Shown: positions 23,901-35,900 of the stretch, piece by piece | How positions within the stretch are numbered: position 1 is the first letter of the stretch | Layout of the letters: every line of letters begins with the position of its first letter | Source: Nemertoderma westbladi | Lineage: Eukaryota; Animalia; Xenacoelomorpha | Reading direction: 5' to 3' | Assembly: GCA_032718475.1 (NCBI GenBank) | Contig: JAUCBJ010009120.1 | Span: 1 to 64,000, forward strand | Length of the DNA: 64,000 nucleotides | Made by a program: the position numbers and the translations under genes | Notes under the pieces: model-generated | What the model was told of the DNA's origin: nothing | Database searches by the model: none | The model's input: the letters and a program-made list of their open reading frames with translations, nothing else

Positions 23901-26900
23901 GTGAATGAGTAGGGACGGCCTTGTTAGGTGAGTGAGTAGGGGCCGCCTTGTTAGGAGGTGTGAGTGAGTAGGGGCGGCCTTGTTAGGTGAGTGAGTAGGG
24001 GCGGCCTTAGGTGAGTGAGTAGGGACGGCCTTGTTAGGTGGTGTGAGTGAGTAGGGACGGCCTTGTTAGGTGAGTGAGTCGGGGCGGCCTTGTTAGGTGA
24101 GTGAGTAGGGACGGCCTTGTTAGGTGGTGTGAATGAGTAGGGACGGCCTTGTTAGGTGAGTGAGTAGGGGCGGCCTTGTTAGGTGAGTGAGTAGGGGCGG
24201 CCTTGTTAGGTGAGTGAGTAGGGGCGGCCTTGTTAGGTGAGTGAGTAGGGCCGGCCTTGTTAGGTGAGTGAGTAGGGACGGCCTTGTTAGGTGGTGTGAA
24301 TGAGTAGGGACGGCCTTGTTAGGTGGTGTGAATGAGTAGGGACGGCCTTGTTAGGTGAGTGAGTAGGGCCGGCCTTGTTATGTGGTGTGAGTGAGTAGGG
24401 GAGGCCTTGTTAGGTGAGTGAGTAGGGACGGCTTGTTAGGTGGTGTGAATGAGTAGGGACGGCCTTGTTAGGTGAGTGAGTAGGGGCGGCCTTGTTAGGA
24501 GGTGTGAGTGAGTAGGGGCGGCCTTGTTAGGTGAGTGAGTAGGGGCGGCCTTAGGTGAGTGAGTAGGGACGGCCTTGTTAGGTGGTGTGAGTGAGTAGGG
24601 ACGGCCTTGTTAGGTGAGTGAGTCGGGGCGGCCTTGTTAGGTGAGTGAGTAGGGACGGCCTTGTTAGGTGGTGTGAATGAGTAGGGACGGCCTTGTTAGG
24701 TGAGTGAGTAGGGGCGGCCTTAGGTGAGTGAGTAGGGACGGCCTTGTTAGGTGGTGTGAGTGAGTAGGGACGGCCTTGTTAGGTGAGTGAGTCGGGGCGG
24801 CCTTGTTAGGTGAGTGAGTAGGGACGGCCTTGTTAGGTGGTGTGAATGGGTAGGGACGGCCTTGTTAGGTGAGTGAGTAGGGGCGGCCTTGTTAGGTGAG
24901 TGAGTAGGGGCGGCCTTGTTAGGTGAGTGAGTAGGGACGGCCTTGTTAGGTGGTGTGAATGAGTAGGGACGGCCTTGTTAGGTGGTGTGAATGAGTAGGG
25001 ACGGCCTTGTTAGGTGAATGAGTAGGGGCGGCCTTGTTAGGTGAGTGAGTAGGGACGGCCTTGTTAGGTGAGTGAGTAGGGACGGCCTTGTTAGGTGAGT
25101 GAGTAGGGCCGGCCTTGTTAGGTGGTGTGAATGAGTAGGGACGGCCTTGTTAGGTGGTGTGAATGAGTAGGGACGGCCTTGTTAGGTGAGTGAGTAGGGG
25201 CGGCCTTGTTAGGTGAGTGAGTAGGGGCGGCCTTGTTAGGTGAGTGAGTAGGGACGGCCTTGTTAGGTGGTGTGAATGAGTAGGGACGGCCTTGTTAGGT
25301 GGTGTGAATGAGTAGGGACGGCCTTGTTAGGTGAGTGAGTAGGGACGGCCTTGTTAGGTGAGTGAGTAGGGGCTGCCTTGTTAGGTGAGTGAGTAGGGGC
25401 GGCCTTGTTAGGTGAGTGAGTAGGGACGGCCTTGTTAGGTGAATGAGTAGGGGCGGCCTTGTTAGGTGAGTGAGTAGGGACGGCCTTGTTAGGTGAGTGA
25501 GTAGGGACGGCCTTGTTAGGTGAATGAGTAGGGACGGCCTTGTTAGGTGAGTGAGTAGGGACGGCCTTGTTAGGTGAGTGAGTAGGGACGGCCTTGTTAG
25601 GTGAGTGAGTAGGGCCGGCCTTGTTAGGTGAGTGAGTAGGGGCGGCCTTGTTAGTTGAGTGAGTAGGGGCGGCCTTGTTAGGTGAGTGAGTAGGGACGGC
25701 CTTGTTAGGTGGTGTGAATGAGTAGGGACGGCCTTGTTATGTGGTGTGAGTGAGTAGGGACGGCCTTGTTAGGTGAGTGAGTAGGGACGGCCTTGTTAGG
25801 TGAGTGAGTAGGGACGGCCTTGTTAGGTGAGTGAGTAGGGACGGCCTTGTTAGGTGAGTGAGTAGGGACGGCCTTGTTAGGTGAGTGAGTAGGGCCGGCC
25901 TTGTTATGTGGTGTGAGTGAGTAGGGGAGGCCTTGTTAGGTGAGTGAGTAGGGACGGCTTGTTAGGTGGTGTGAATGAGTAGGGACGGCCTTGTTAGGTG
26001 AGTGAGTAGGGGCGGCCTTGTTATGTGGTGTGAGTGAGTAGGGACGGCCTTGTTATGTGGTGTGAGTGAGTAGGGACGGCCTTGTTATGTGGTGTGAGTG
26101 AGTAGGGACGGCCTTGTTATGTGGTGTGAGTGAGTAGGGACGGCCTTGTTATGTGGTGTGAGTGAGTAGGGACGGCCTTGTTATGTGGTGTGAGTGAGTA
26201 GGGACGGCCTTGTTATGTGGTGTGAGTGAGTAGGGACGGCCTTGTTATGTGGTGTGAGTGAGTAGGGACGGCCTTGTTATGTGGTGTGAGTGAGTAGGGA
26301 CGGCCTTGTTATGTGGTGTGAGTGAGTAGGGACGGCCTTGTTATGTGGTGTGAGTGAGTAGGGACGGCCTTGTTATGTGGTGTGAGTGAGTAGGGACGGC
26401 CTTGTTATGTGGTGTGAGTGAGTAGGGACGGCCTTGTTATGTGGTGTGAGTGAGTAGGGACGGCCTTGTTATGTGGTGTGAGTGAGTAGGGACGGCCTTG
26501 TTATGTGGTGTGAGTGAGTAGGGACGGCCTTGTTATGTGGTGTGAGTGAGTAGGGACGGCCTTGTTATGTGGTGTGAGTGAGTAGGGACGGCCTTGTTAG
26601 GTGAGTGAGTAGGGACGGCCTTGTTAGGTGAGTGAGTAGGGACGGCCTTGTTAGGTGAGTGAGTAGGGACGGCCTTGTTAGGTGAATGAGTAGGGGCGGC
26701 CTTGTTAGGTGAGTGAGTAGGGACGGCCTTGTTAGGTGAGTGAGTAGGGGCGGCCTTGTTAGGTGAGTGAGTAGGGGCGGCCTTGTTAGGTGAGTGAGTA
26801 GGGACGGCTTGTTAGGTGGTGTGAATGAGTAGGGACGGCCTTGTTAGGTGAGTGAGTAGGGGCGGCCTTGTTAGGTGAGTGAGTAGGGGCGGCCTTGTTA

Positions 26901-29900
26901 GGTGAGTGAGTAGGGGCGGCCTTGTTAGGTGAGTGAGTAGGGGCGGCCTTGTTAGGTGAGTGAGTAGGGACGGCCTTGTTAGGTGGTGTGAATGAGTAGG
27001 GACGGCCTTGTTAGGTGAGTGAGTAGGGCCGGCCTTGTTATGTGGTGTGAGTGAGTAGGGGAGGCCTTGTTAGGTGAGTGAGTAGGGGCGGCCTTGTTAG
27101 GTGAGTGAGTAGGGGAGGCCTTGTTAGGTGAGTGAGTAGGGACGGCCTTGTTAGGTGAGTGAGTAGGGGCGGCCTTGTTAGGTGAGTGAGTAGGGGAGGC
27201 CTTGTTAGGTGAGTGAGTAGGGACGGCTTGTTAGGTGGTGTGAATGAGTAGGGACGGCCTTGTTAGGTGAGTGAGTAGGGGCGGCCTTGTTAGGTGAGTG
27301 AGTAGGGACGGCCTTGTTAGGTGGTGTGAATGAGTAGGGACGGCCTTGTTAGGTGAGTGAGTAGGGGCGGCCTTGTTAGGTGAGTGAGTAGGGGCGGCCT
27401 TGTTAGGTGAGTGAGTAGGGACGGCCTTGTTAGGTGAGTGAGTAGGGCCGGCCTTGTTATGTGGTGTGAGTGAGTAGGGGAGGCCTTGTTAGGTGAGTGA
27501 GTAGGGACGGCTTGTTAGGTGGTGTGAATGAGTAGGGACGGCCTTGTTAGGTGAGTGAGTAGGGGCGGCCTTGTTAGGTGAGTGAGTAGGGACGGCCTTG
27601 TTAGGTGGTGTGAATGAGTAGGGACGGCCTTGTTAGGTGAGTGAGTAGGGCCGGCTTGTTAGGTGGTGTGAATGAGTAGGGACGGCCTTGTTAGGTGAGT
27701 GAGTAGGGGCGGCCTTGTTAGGTGAGTGAGTAGGGGCGGCCTTGTTAGGAGGTGTGAGTGAGTAGGGACTGCCTTGTTAGGTGAGTGAGTAGGGGCGGCC
27801 TTGTTAGGTGAGTGAGTAGGGGCGGCCTTGTTAGGTGAGTGAGTAGGGGCGGCCTTGTTAGGTGAGTGAGTAGGGGCGGCCTTGTTAGGTGAGTGAGTAG
27901 GGGCGGCCTTGTTAGGTGAGTGAGTAGGGACGGCTTGTTAGGTGAGTGAGTAGGGACGGCTTGTTAGGTGGTGTGAATGAGTAGGGACGGCCTTGTTAGG
28001 TGAGTGAGTAGGGGCGGCCTTGTTAGGTGAGTGAGTAGGGGCGGCCTTGTTAGGAGGTGTGAGTGAGTAGGGACTGCCTTGTTAGGTGAGTGAGTAGGGG
28101 CGGCCTTGTTAGGTGAGTGAGTAGGGACGGCTTGTTAGGTGGTGTGAATGAGTAGGGACGGCCTTGTTAGGTGAGTGAGTAGGGGCGGCCTTGTTAGGTG
28201 AGTGAGTAGGGACGGCCTTGTTAGGAGGTGTGAGTGAGTAGGGACTGCCTTGTTAGGTGAGTGAGTAGGGGCGGCCTTGTTAGGTGAGTGAGTAGGGGCG
28301 GCCTTGTTAGGTGAGTGAGTAGGGGCGGCCTTGTTAGGTGAGTGAGTAGGGGCGGCCTTGTTAGGTGAGTGAGTAGGGGCGGCCTTGTTAGGTGAGTGAG
28401 TAGGGACGGCCTTGTTAGGTGAGTGAGTAGGGACGGCCTTGTTAGGTGAGTGAGTAGGGCCGGCCTTGTTATGTGGTGTGAGTGAGTAGGGGAGGCCTTG
28501 TTAGGTGAGTGAGTAGGGACGGCTTGTTAGGTGGTGTGAATGAGTAGGGACGGCCTTGTTAGGTGAGTGAGTAGGGGCGGCCTTGTTAGGTGAGTGAGTA
28601 GGGACGGCCTTGTTAGGTGAGTGAGTAGGGACGGCCTTGTTAGGTGAGTGGGTAGGGACGGCCTTGTTAGGTGAGTGAGTCGGGGCCGCCTTGTTAGGAG
28701 GTGTGAGTGAGTCGGGGCGGCCTTGTTAGGTGAGTGAGTAGGGACGGCCTTGTTAGGTGAGTGAGTAGGGGCGGCCTTGTTAGGAGGTGTGAGTGAGTAG
28801 GGGCGGCCTTAGGTGAGTGAGTAGGGACGGCCTTGTTAGGAGGTGTGAGTGAGTAGGGACGCCTTGTTAGGTGAGTGAGTAGGGACGGCCTTGTTAGGTG
28901 GTGTGAATGAGTAGGGACGGCCTTGTTAGGAGGTGTGAGTGAGTAGGGGCGGCCTTAGGTGAGTGAGTAGGGACGGCCTTGTTAAGTGGTGTGAGTGAAT
29001 AGGGGCGGCCTTGTTAGGTGAGTGAGTAGGGACGGCCTTGTTAGGTAAGTTAGTAGGGGCGGCCTTGTTAGGTGAGTGAGTAGGGACGGCCTTGTTTGGT
29101 GAGTGAGTAAGGACGGCCTTGTTATGTGGTGTGAGTGAGTAGGGACGGCCTTGTTAGGTGAGTGAGTAGGGGCGGCCTTGTTAGGTGAGTGAGTAGGGAC
29201 GGCCTTGTTAGGTGAGTGAGTATAGGGACGGCCTTGTTAGGTGGTGTGAATGAGTAGGGACGGCCTTGTTATGTGGTGTGAGTGAGTAGGGACGGCCTTG
29301 TTAGGTGAGTGAGTAGGGACGGCCTTGTTAGGTGAGTGAGTAGGGACGGCCTTGTTAGGTGAGTGAGTAGGGACGGCCTTGTTAGGTGAGTGAGTAGGGA
29401 CGGCCTTGTTAGGTGAGTGAGTAGGGCCGGCCTTGTTATGTGGTGTGAGTGAGTAGGGGAGGCCTTGTTAGGTGAGTGAGTAGGGACGGCTTGTTAGGTG
29501 GTGTGAATGAGTAGGGACGGCCTTGTTAGGTGAGTGAGTAGGGGCGGCCTTGTTATGTGGTGTGAGTGAGTAGGGACGGCCTTGTTATGTGGTGTGAGTG
29601 AGTAGGGACGGCCTTGTTATGTGGTGTGAGTGAGTAGGGACGGCCTTGTTATGTGGTGTGAGTGAGTAGGGACGGCCTTGTTATGTGGTGTGAGTGAGTA
29701 GGGACGGCCTTGTTATGTGGTGTGAGTGAGTAGGGACGGCCTTGTTATGTGGTGTGAGTGAGTAGGGACGGCCTTGTTATGTGGTGTGAGTGAGTAGGGA
29801 CGGCCTTGTTATGTGGTGTGAGTGAGTAGGGACGGCCTTGTTATGTGGTGTGAGTGAGTAGGGACGGCCTTGTTATGTGGTGTGAGTGAGTAGGGACGGC

Positions 29901-32900
29901 CTTGTTATGTGGTGTGAGTGAGTAGGGACGGCCTTGTTATGTGGTGTGAGTGAGTAGGGACGGCCTTGTTATGTGGTGTGAGTGAGTAGGGACGGCCTTG
30001 TTATGTGGTGTGAGTGAGTAGGGACGGCCTTGTTATGTGGTGTGAGTGAGTAGGGACGGCCTTGTTATGTGGTGTGAGTGAGTAGGGACGGCCTTGTTAT
30101 GTGGTGTGAGTGAGTAGGGACGGCCTTGTTAGGTGAGTGAGTAGGGACGGCCTTGTTAGGTGAGTGAGTAGGGACGGCCTTGTTAGGTGAGTGAGTAGGG
30201 ACGGCCTTGTTAGGTGAATGAGTAGGGGCGGCCTTGTTAGGTGAGTGAGTAGGGACGGCCTTGTTAGGTGAGTGAGTAGGGGCGGCCTTGTTAGGTGAGT
30301 GAGTAGGGGCGGCCTTGTTAGGTGAGTGAGTAGGGACGGCTTGTTAGGTGGTGTGAATGAGTAGGGACGGCCTTGTTAGGTGAGTGAGTAGGGGCGGCCT
30401 TGTTAGGTGAGTGAGTAGGGGCGGCCTTGTTAGGTGAGTGAGTAGGGGCGGCCTTGTTAGGTGAGTGAGTAGGGGCGGCCTTGTTAGGTGAGTGAGTAGG
30501 GACGGCCTTGTTAGGTGGTGTGAATGAGTAGGGACGGCCTTGTTAGGTGAGTGAGTAGGGCCGGCCTTGTTATGTGGTGTGAGTGAGTAGGGGAGGCCTT
30601 GTTAGGTGAGTGAGTAGGGGCGGCCTTGTTAGGTGAGTTAGTAGGGGAGGCCTTGTTAGGTGAGTGAGTAGGGACGGCCTTGTTAGGTGAGTGAGTAGGG
30701 GCGGCCTTGTTAGGTGAGTGAGTAGGGGAGGCCTTGTTAGGTGAGTGAGTAGGGACGGCTTGTTAGGTGGTGTGAATGAGTAGGGACGGCCTTGTTAGGT
30801 GAGTGAGTAGGGGCGGCCTTGTTAGGTGAGTGAGTAGGGACGGCCTTGTTAGGTGGTGTGAATGAGTAGGGACGGCCTTGTTAGGTGAGTGAGTAGGGGC
30901 GGCCTTGTTAGGTGAGTGAGTAGGGGCGGCCTTGTTAGGTGAGTGAGTAGGGACGGCCTTGTTAGGTGAGTGAGTAGGGCCGGCCTTGTTATGTGGTGTG
31001 AGTGAGTAGGGGAGGCCTTGTTAGGTGAGTGAGTAGGGACGGCCTTGTTAGGTGAGTGAGTAGGGACGGCCTTGTTAGGAGGTGTGAATGAGTAGGGACG
31101 GCCTTGTTAGGTGGTGTGAATGAGTAGGGACGGCTTGTTAGGTGGTGTGAATGAGTAGGGACGGCCTTGTTAGGTGAGTGAGTAGGGGCGGCCTTGTTAG
31201 GTGAGTGAGTAGGGACGGCCTTGTTAGGTGGTGTGAATGAGTAGGGACGGCCTTGTTAGGTGAGTGAGTAGGGCCGGCTTGTTAGGTGGTGTGAATGAGT
31301 AGGGACGGCCTTGTTAGGTGAGTGAGTAGGGGCGGCCTTGTTAGGTGAGTGAGTAGGGGCGGCCTTGTTAGGAGGTGTGAGTGAGTAGGGACTGCCTTGT
31401 TAGGTGAGTGAGTAGGGGCGGCCTTGTTAGGTGAGTGAGTAGGGGCGGCCTTGTTAGGTGAGTGAGTAGGGGCGGCCTTGTTAGGTGAGTGAGTAGGGGC
31501 GGCCTTGTTAGGTGAGTGAGTAGGGGCGGCCTTGTTAGGTGAGTGAGTAGGGACGGCTTGTTAGGTGAGTGAGTAGGGACGGCTTGTTAGGTGGTGTGAA
31601 TGAGTAGGGACGGCCTTGTTAGGTGAGTGAGTAGGGGCGGCCTTGTTAGGTGAGTGAGTAGGGGCGGCCTTGTTAGGAGGTGTGAGTGAGTAGGGACTGC
31701 CTTGTTAGGTGAGTGAGTAGGGGCGGCCTTGTTAGGTGAGTGAGTAGGGACGGCTTGTTAGGTGGTGTGAATGAGTAGGGACGGCCTTGTTAGGTGAGTG
31801 AGTAGGGGCGGCCTTGTTATGTGAGTGAGTAGGGACGGCCTTGTTAGGAGGTGTGAGTGAGTAGGGACTGCCTTGTTAGGTGAGTGAGTAGGGGCGGCCT
31901 TGTTAGGTGAGTGAGTAGGGGCGGCCTTGTTAGGTGAGTGAGTAGGGGCGGCCTTGTTAGGTGAGTGAGTAGGGGCGGCCTTGTTAGGTGAGTGAGTAGG
32001 GGCGGCCTTGTTAGGTGAGTGAGTAGGGACGGCCTTGTTAGGTGAGTGAGTAGGGACGGCCTTGTTAGGTGAGTGAGTAGGGCCGGCCTTGTTATGTGGT
32101 GTGAGTGAGTAGGGGAGGCCTTGTTAGGTGAGTGAGTAGGGACGGCTTGTTAGGTGGTGTGAATGAGTAGGGACGGCCTTGTTAGGTGAGTGAGTAGGGG
32201 CGGCCTTGTTAGGTGAGTGAGTAGGGACGGCCTTGTTAGGTGAGTGAGTATAGGGACGGCCTTGTTAGGTGGTGTGAATGAGTAGGGACGGCCTTGTTAT
32301 GTGGTGTGAGTGAGTAGGGACGGCCTTGTTAGGTGAGTGAGTAGGGACGGCCTTGTTAGGTGAGTGAGTAGGGACGGCCTTGTTAGGTGAGTGAGTAGGG
32401 ACGGCCTTGTTAGGTGAGTGAGTAGGGACGGCCTTGTTAGGTGAGTGAGTAGGGCCGGCCTTGTTATGTGGTGTGAGTGAGTAGGGGAGGCCTTGTTAGG
32501 TGAGTGAGTAGGGACGGCTTGTTAGGTGGTGTGAATGAGTAGGGACGGCCTTGTTAGGTGAGTGAGTAGGGGCGGCCTTGTTATGTGGTGTGAGTGAGTA
32601 GGGACGGCCTTGTTATGTGGTGTGAGTGAGTAGGGACGGCCTTGTTATGTGGTGTGAGTGAGTAGGGACGGCCTTGTTATGTGGTGTGAGTGAGTAGGGA
32701 CGGCCTTGTTATGTGGTGTGAGTGAGTAGGGACGGCCTTGTTATGTGGTGTGAGTGAGTAGGGACGGCCTTGTTATGTGGTGTGAGTGAGTAGGGACGGC
32801 CTTGTTATGTGGTGTGAGTGAGTAGGGACGGCCTTGTTATGTGGTGTGAGTGAGTAGGGACGGCCTTGTTATGTGGTGTGAGTGAGTAGGGACGGCCTTG

Positions 32901-35900
32901 TTATGTGGTGTGAGTGAGTAGGGACGGCCTTGTTATGTGGTGTGAGTGAGTAGGGACGGCCTTGTTATGTGGTGTGAGTGAGTAGGGACGGCCTTGTTAT
33001 GTGGTGTGAGTGAGTAGGGACGGCCTTGTTATGTGGTGTGAGTGAGTAGGGACGGCCTTGTTATGTGGTGTGAGTGAGTAGGGACGGCCTTGTTATGTGG
33101 TGTGAGTGAGTAGGGACGGCCTTGTTATGTGGTGTGAGTGAGTAGGGACGGCCTTGTTAGGTGAGTGAGTAGGGACGGCCTTGTTAGGTGAGTGAGTAGG
33201 GACGGCCTTGTTAGGTGAGTGAGTAGGGACGGCCTTGTTAGGTGAATGAGTAGGGGCGGCCTTGTTAGGTGAGTGAGTAGGGACGGCCTTGTTAGGTGAG
33301 TGAGTAGGGGCGGCCTTGTTAGGTGAGTGAGTAGGGGCGGCCTTGTTAGGTGAGTGAGTAGGGACGGCTTGTTAGGTGGTGTGAATGAGTAGGGACGGCC
33401 TTGTTAGGTGAGTGAGTAGGGGCGGCCTTGTTAGGTGAGTGAGTAGGGGCGGCCTTGTTAGGTGAGTGAGTAGGGGCGGCCTTGTTAGGTGAGTGAGTAG
33501 GGGCGGCCTTGTTAGGTGAGTGAGTAGGGACGGCCTTGTTAGGTGGTGTGAATGAGTAGGGACGGCCTTGTTAGGTGAGTGAGTAGGGCCGGCCTTGTTA
33601 TGTGGTGTGAGTGAGTAGGGGAGGCCTTGTTAGGTGAGTGAGTAGGGGCGGCCTTGTTAGGTGAGTGAGTAGGGGAGGCCTTGTTAGGTGAGTGAGTAGG
33701 GACGGCCTTGTTAGGTGAGTGAGTAGGGGCGGCCTTGTTAGGTGAGTGAGTAGGGGAGGCCTTGTTAGGTGAGTGAGTAGGGACGGCTTGTTAGGTGGTG
33801 TGAATGAGTAGGGACGGCCTTGTTAGGTGAGTGAGTAGGGGCGGCCTTGTTAGGTGAGTGAGTAGGGACGGCCTTGTTAGGTGGTGTGAATGAGTAGGGA
33901 CGGCCTTGTTAGGTGAGTGAGTAGGGGCGGCCTTGTTAGGTGAGTGAGTAGGGGCGGCCTTGTTAGGTGAGTGAGTAGGGACGGCCTTGTTAGGTGAGTG
34001 AGTAGGGCCGGCCTTGTTATGTGGTGTGAGTGAGTAGGGGAGGCCTTGTTAGGTGAGTGAGTAGGGACGGCCTTGTTAGGTGAGTGAGTAGGGACGGCCT
34101 TGTTAGGAGGTGTGAATGAGTAGGGACGGCCTTGTTAGGTGGTGTGAATGAGTAGGGACGGCTTGTTAGGTGGTGTGAATGAGTAGGGACGGCCTTGTTA
34201 GGTGAGTGAGTAGGGGCGGCCTTGTTAGGTGAGTGAGTAGGGACGGCCTTGTTAGGTGGTGTGAATGAGTAGGGACGGCCTTGTTAGGTGAGTGAGTAGG
34301 GCCGGCTTGTTAGGTGGTGTGAATGAGTAGGGACGGCCTTGTTAGGTGAGTGAGTAGGGGCGGCCTTGTTAGGTGAGTGAGTAGGGGCGGCCTTGTTAGG
34401 AGGTGTGAGTGAGTAGGGACTGCCTTGTTAGGTGAGTGAGTAGGGGCGGCCTTGTTAGGTGAGTGAGTAGGGGCGGCCTTGTTAGGTGAGTGAGTAGGGG
34501 CGGCCTTGTTAGGTGAGTGAGTAGGGGCGGCCTTGTTAGGTGAGTGAGTAGGGGCGGCCTTGTTAGGTGAGTGAGTAGGGACGGCTTGTTAGGTGAGTGA
34601 GTAGGGACGGCTTGTTAGGTGGTGTGAATGAGTAGGGACGGCCTTGTTAGGTGAGTGAGTAGGGGCGGCCTTGTTAGGTGAGTGAGTAGGGGCGGCCTTG
34701 TTAGGAGGTGTGAGTGAGTAGGGACTGCCTTGTTAGGTGAGTGAGTAGGGGCGGCCTTGTTAGGTGAGTGAGTAGGGACGGCTTGTTAGGTGGTGTGAAT
34801 GAGTAGGGACGGCCTTGTTAGGTGAGTGAGTAGGGGCGGCCTTGTTATGTGAGTGAGTAGGGACGGCCTTGTTAGGAGGTGTGAGTGAGTAGGGACTGCC
34901 TTGTTAGGTGAGTGAGTAGGGGCGGCCTTGTTAGGTGAGTGAGTAGGGGCGGCCTTGTTAGGTGAGTGAGTAGGGGCGGCCTTGTTAGGTGAGTGAGTAG
35001 GGGCGGCCTTGTTAGGTGAGTGAGTAGGGGCGGCCTTGTTAGGTGAGTGAGTAGGGACGGCCTTGTTAGGTGAGTGAGTAGGGACGGCCTTGTTAGGTGA
35101 GTGAGTAGGGCCGGCCTTGTTATGTGGTGTGAGTGAGTAGGGGAGGCCTTGTTAGGTGAGTGAGTAGGGACGGCTTGTTAGGTGGTGTGAATGAGTAGGG
35201 ACGGCCTTGTTAGGTGAGTGAGTAGGGGCGGCCTTGTTAGGTGAGTGAGTAGGGACGGCCTTGTTAGGTGAGTGAGTAGGGACGGCCTTGTTAGGTGAGT
35301 GGGTAGGGACGGCCTTGTTAGGTGAGTGAGTCGGGGCGGCCTTGTTAGGAGGTGTGAGTGAGTCGGGGCGGCCTTGTTAGGTGAGTGAGTAGGGACGGCC
35401 TTGTTAGGTGAGTGAGTAGGGGCGGCCTTGTTAGGAGGTGTGAGTGAGTAGGGGCGGCCTTAGGTGAGTGAGTAGGGACGGCCTTGTTAGGAGGTGTGAG
35501 TGAGTAGGGACGCCTTGTTAGGTGAGTGAGTAGGGACGGCCTTGTTAGGTGGTGTGAATGAGTAGGGACGGCCTTGTTAGGAGGTGTGAGTGAGTAGGGG
35601 CGGCCTTAGGTGAGTGAGTAGGGACGGCCTTGTTAAGTGGTGTGAGTGAATAGGGGCGGCCTTGTTAGGTGAGTGAGTAGGGACGGCCTTGTTAGGTAAG
35701 TTAGTAGGGGCGGCCTTGTTAGGTGAGTGAGTAGGGACGGCCTTGTTTGGTGAGTGAGTAAGGACGGCCTTGTTATGTGGTGTGAGTGAGTAGGGACGGC
35801 CTTGTTAGGTGAGTGAGTAGGGGCGGCCTTGTTAGGTGAGTGAGTAGGGACGGCCTTGTTAGGTGAGTGAGTATAGGGACGGCCTTGTTAGGTGAGTGAG

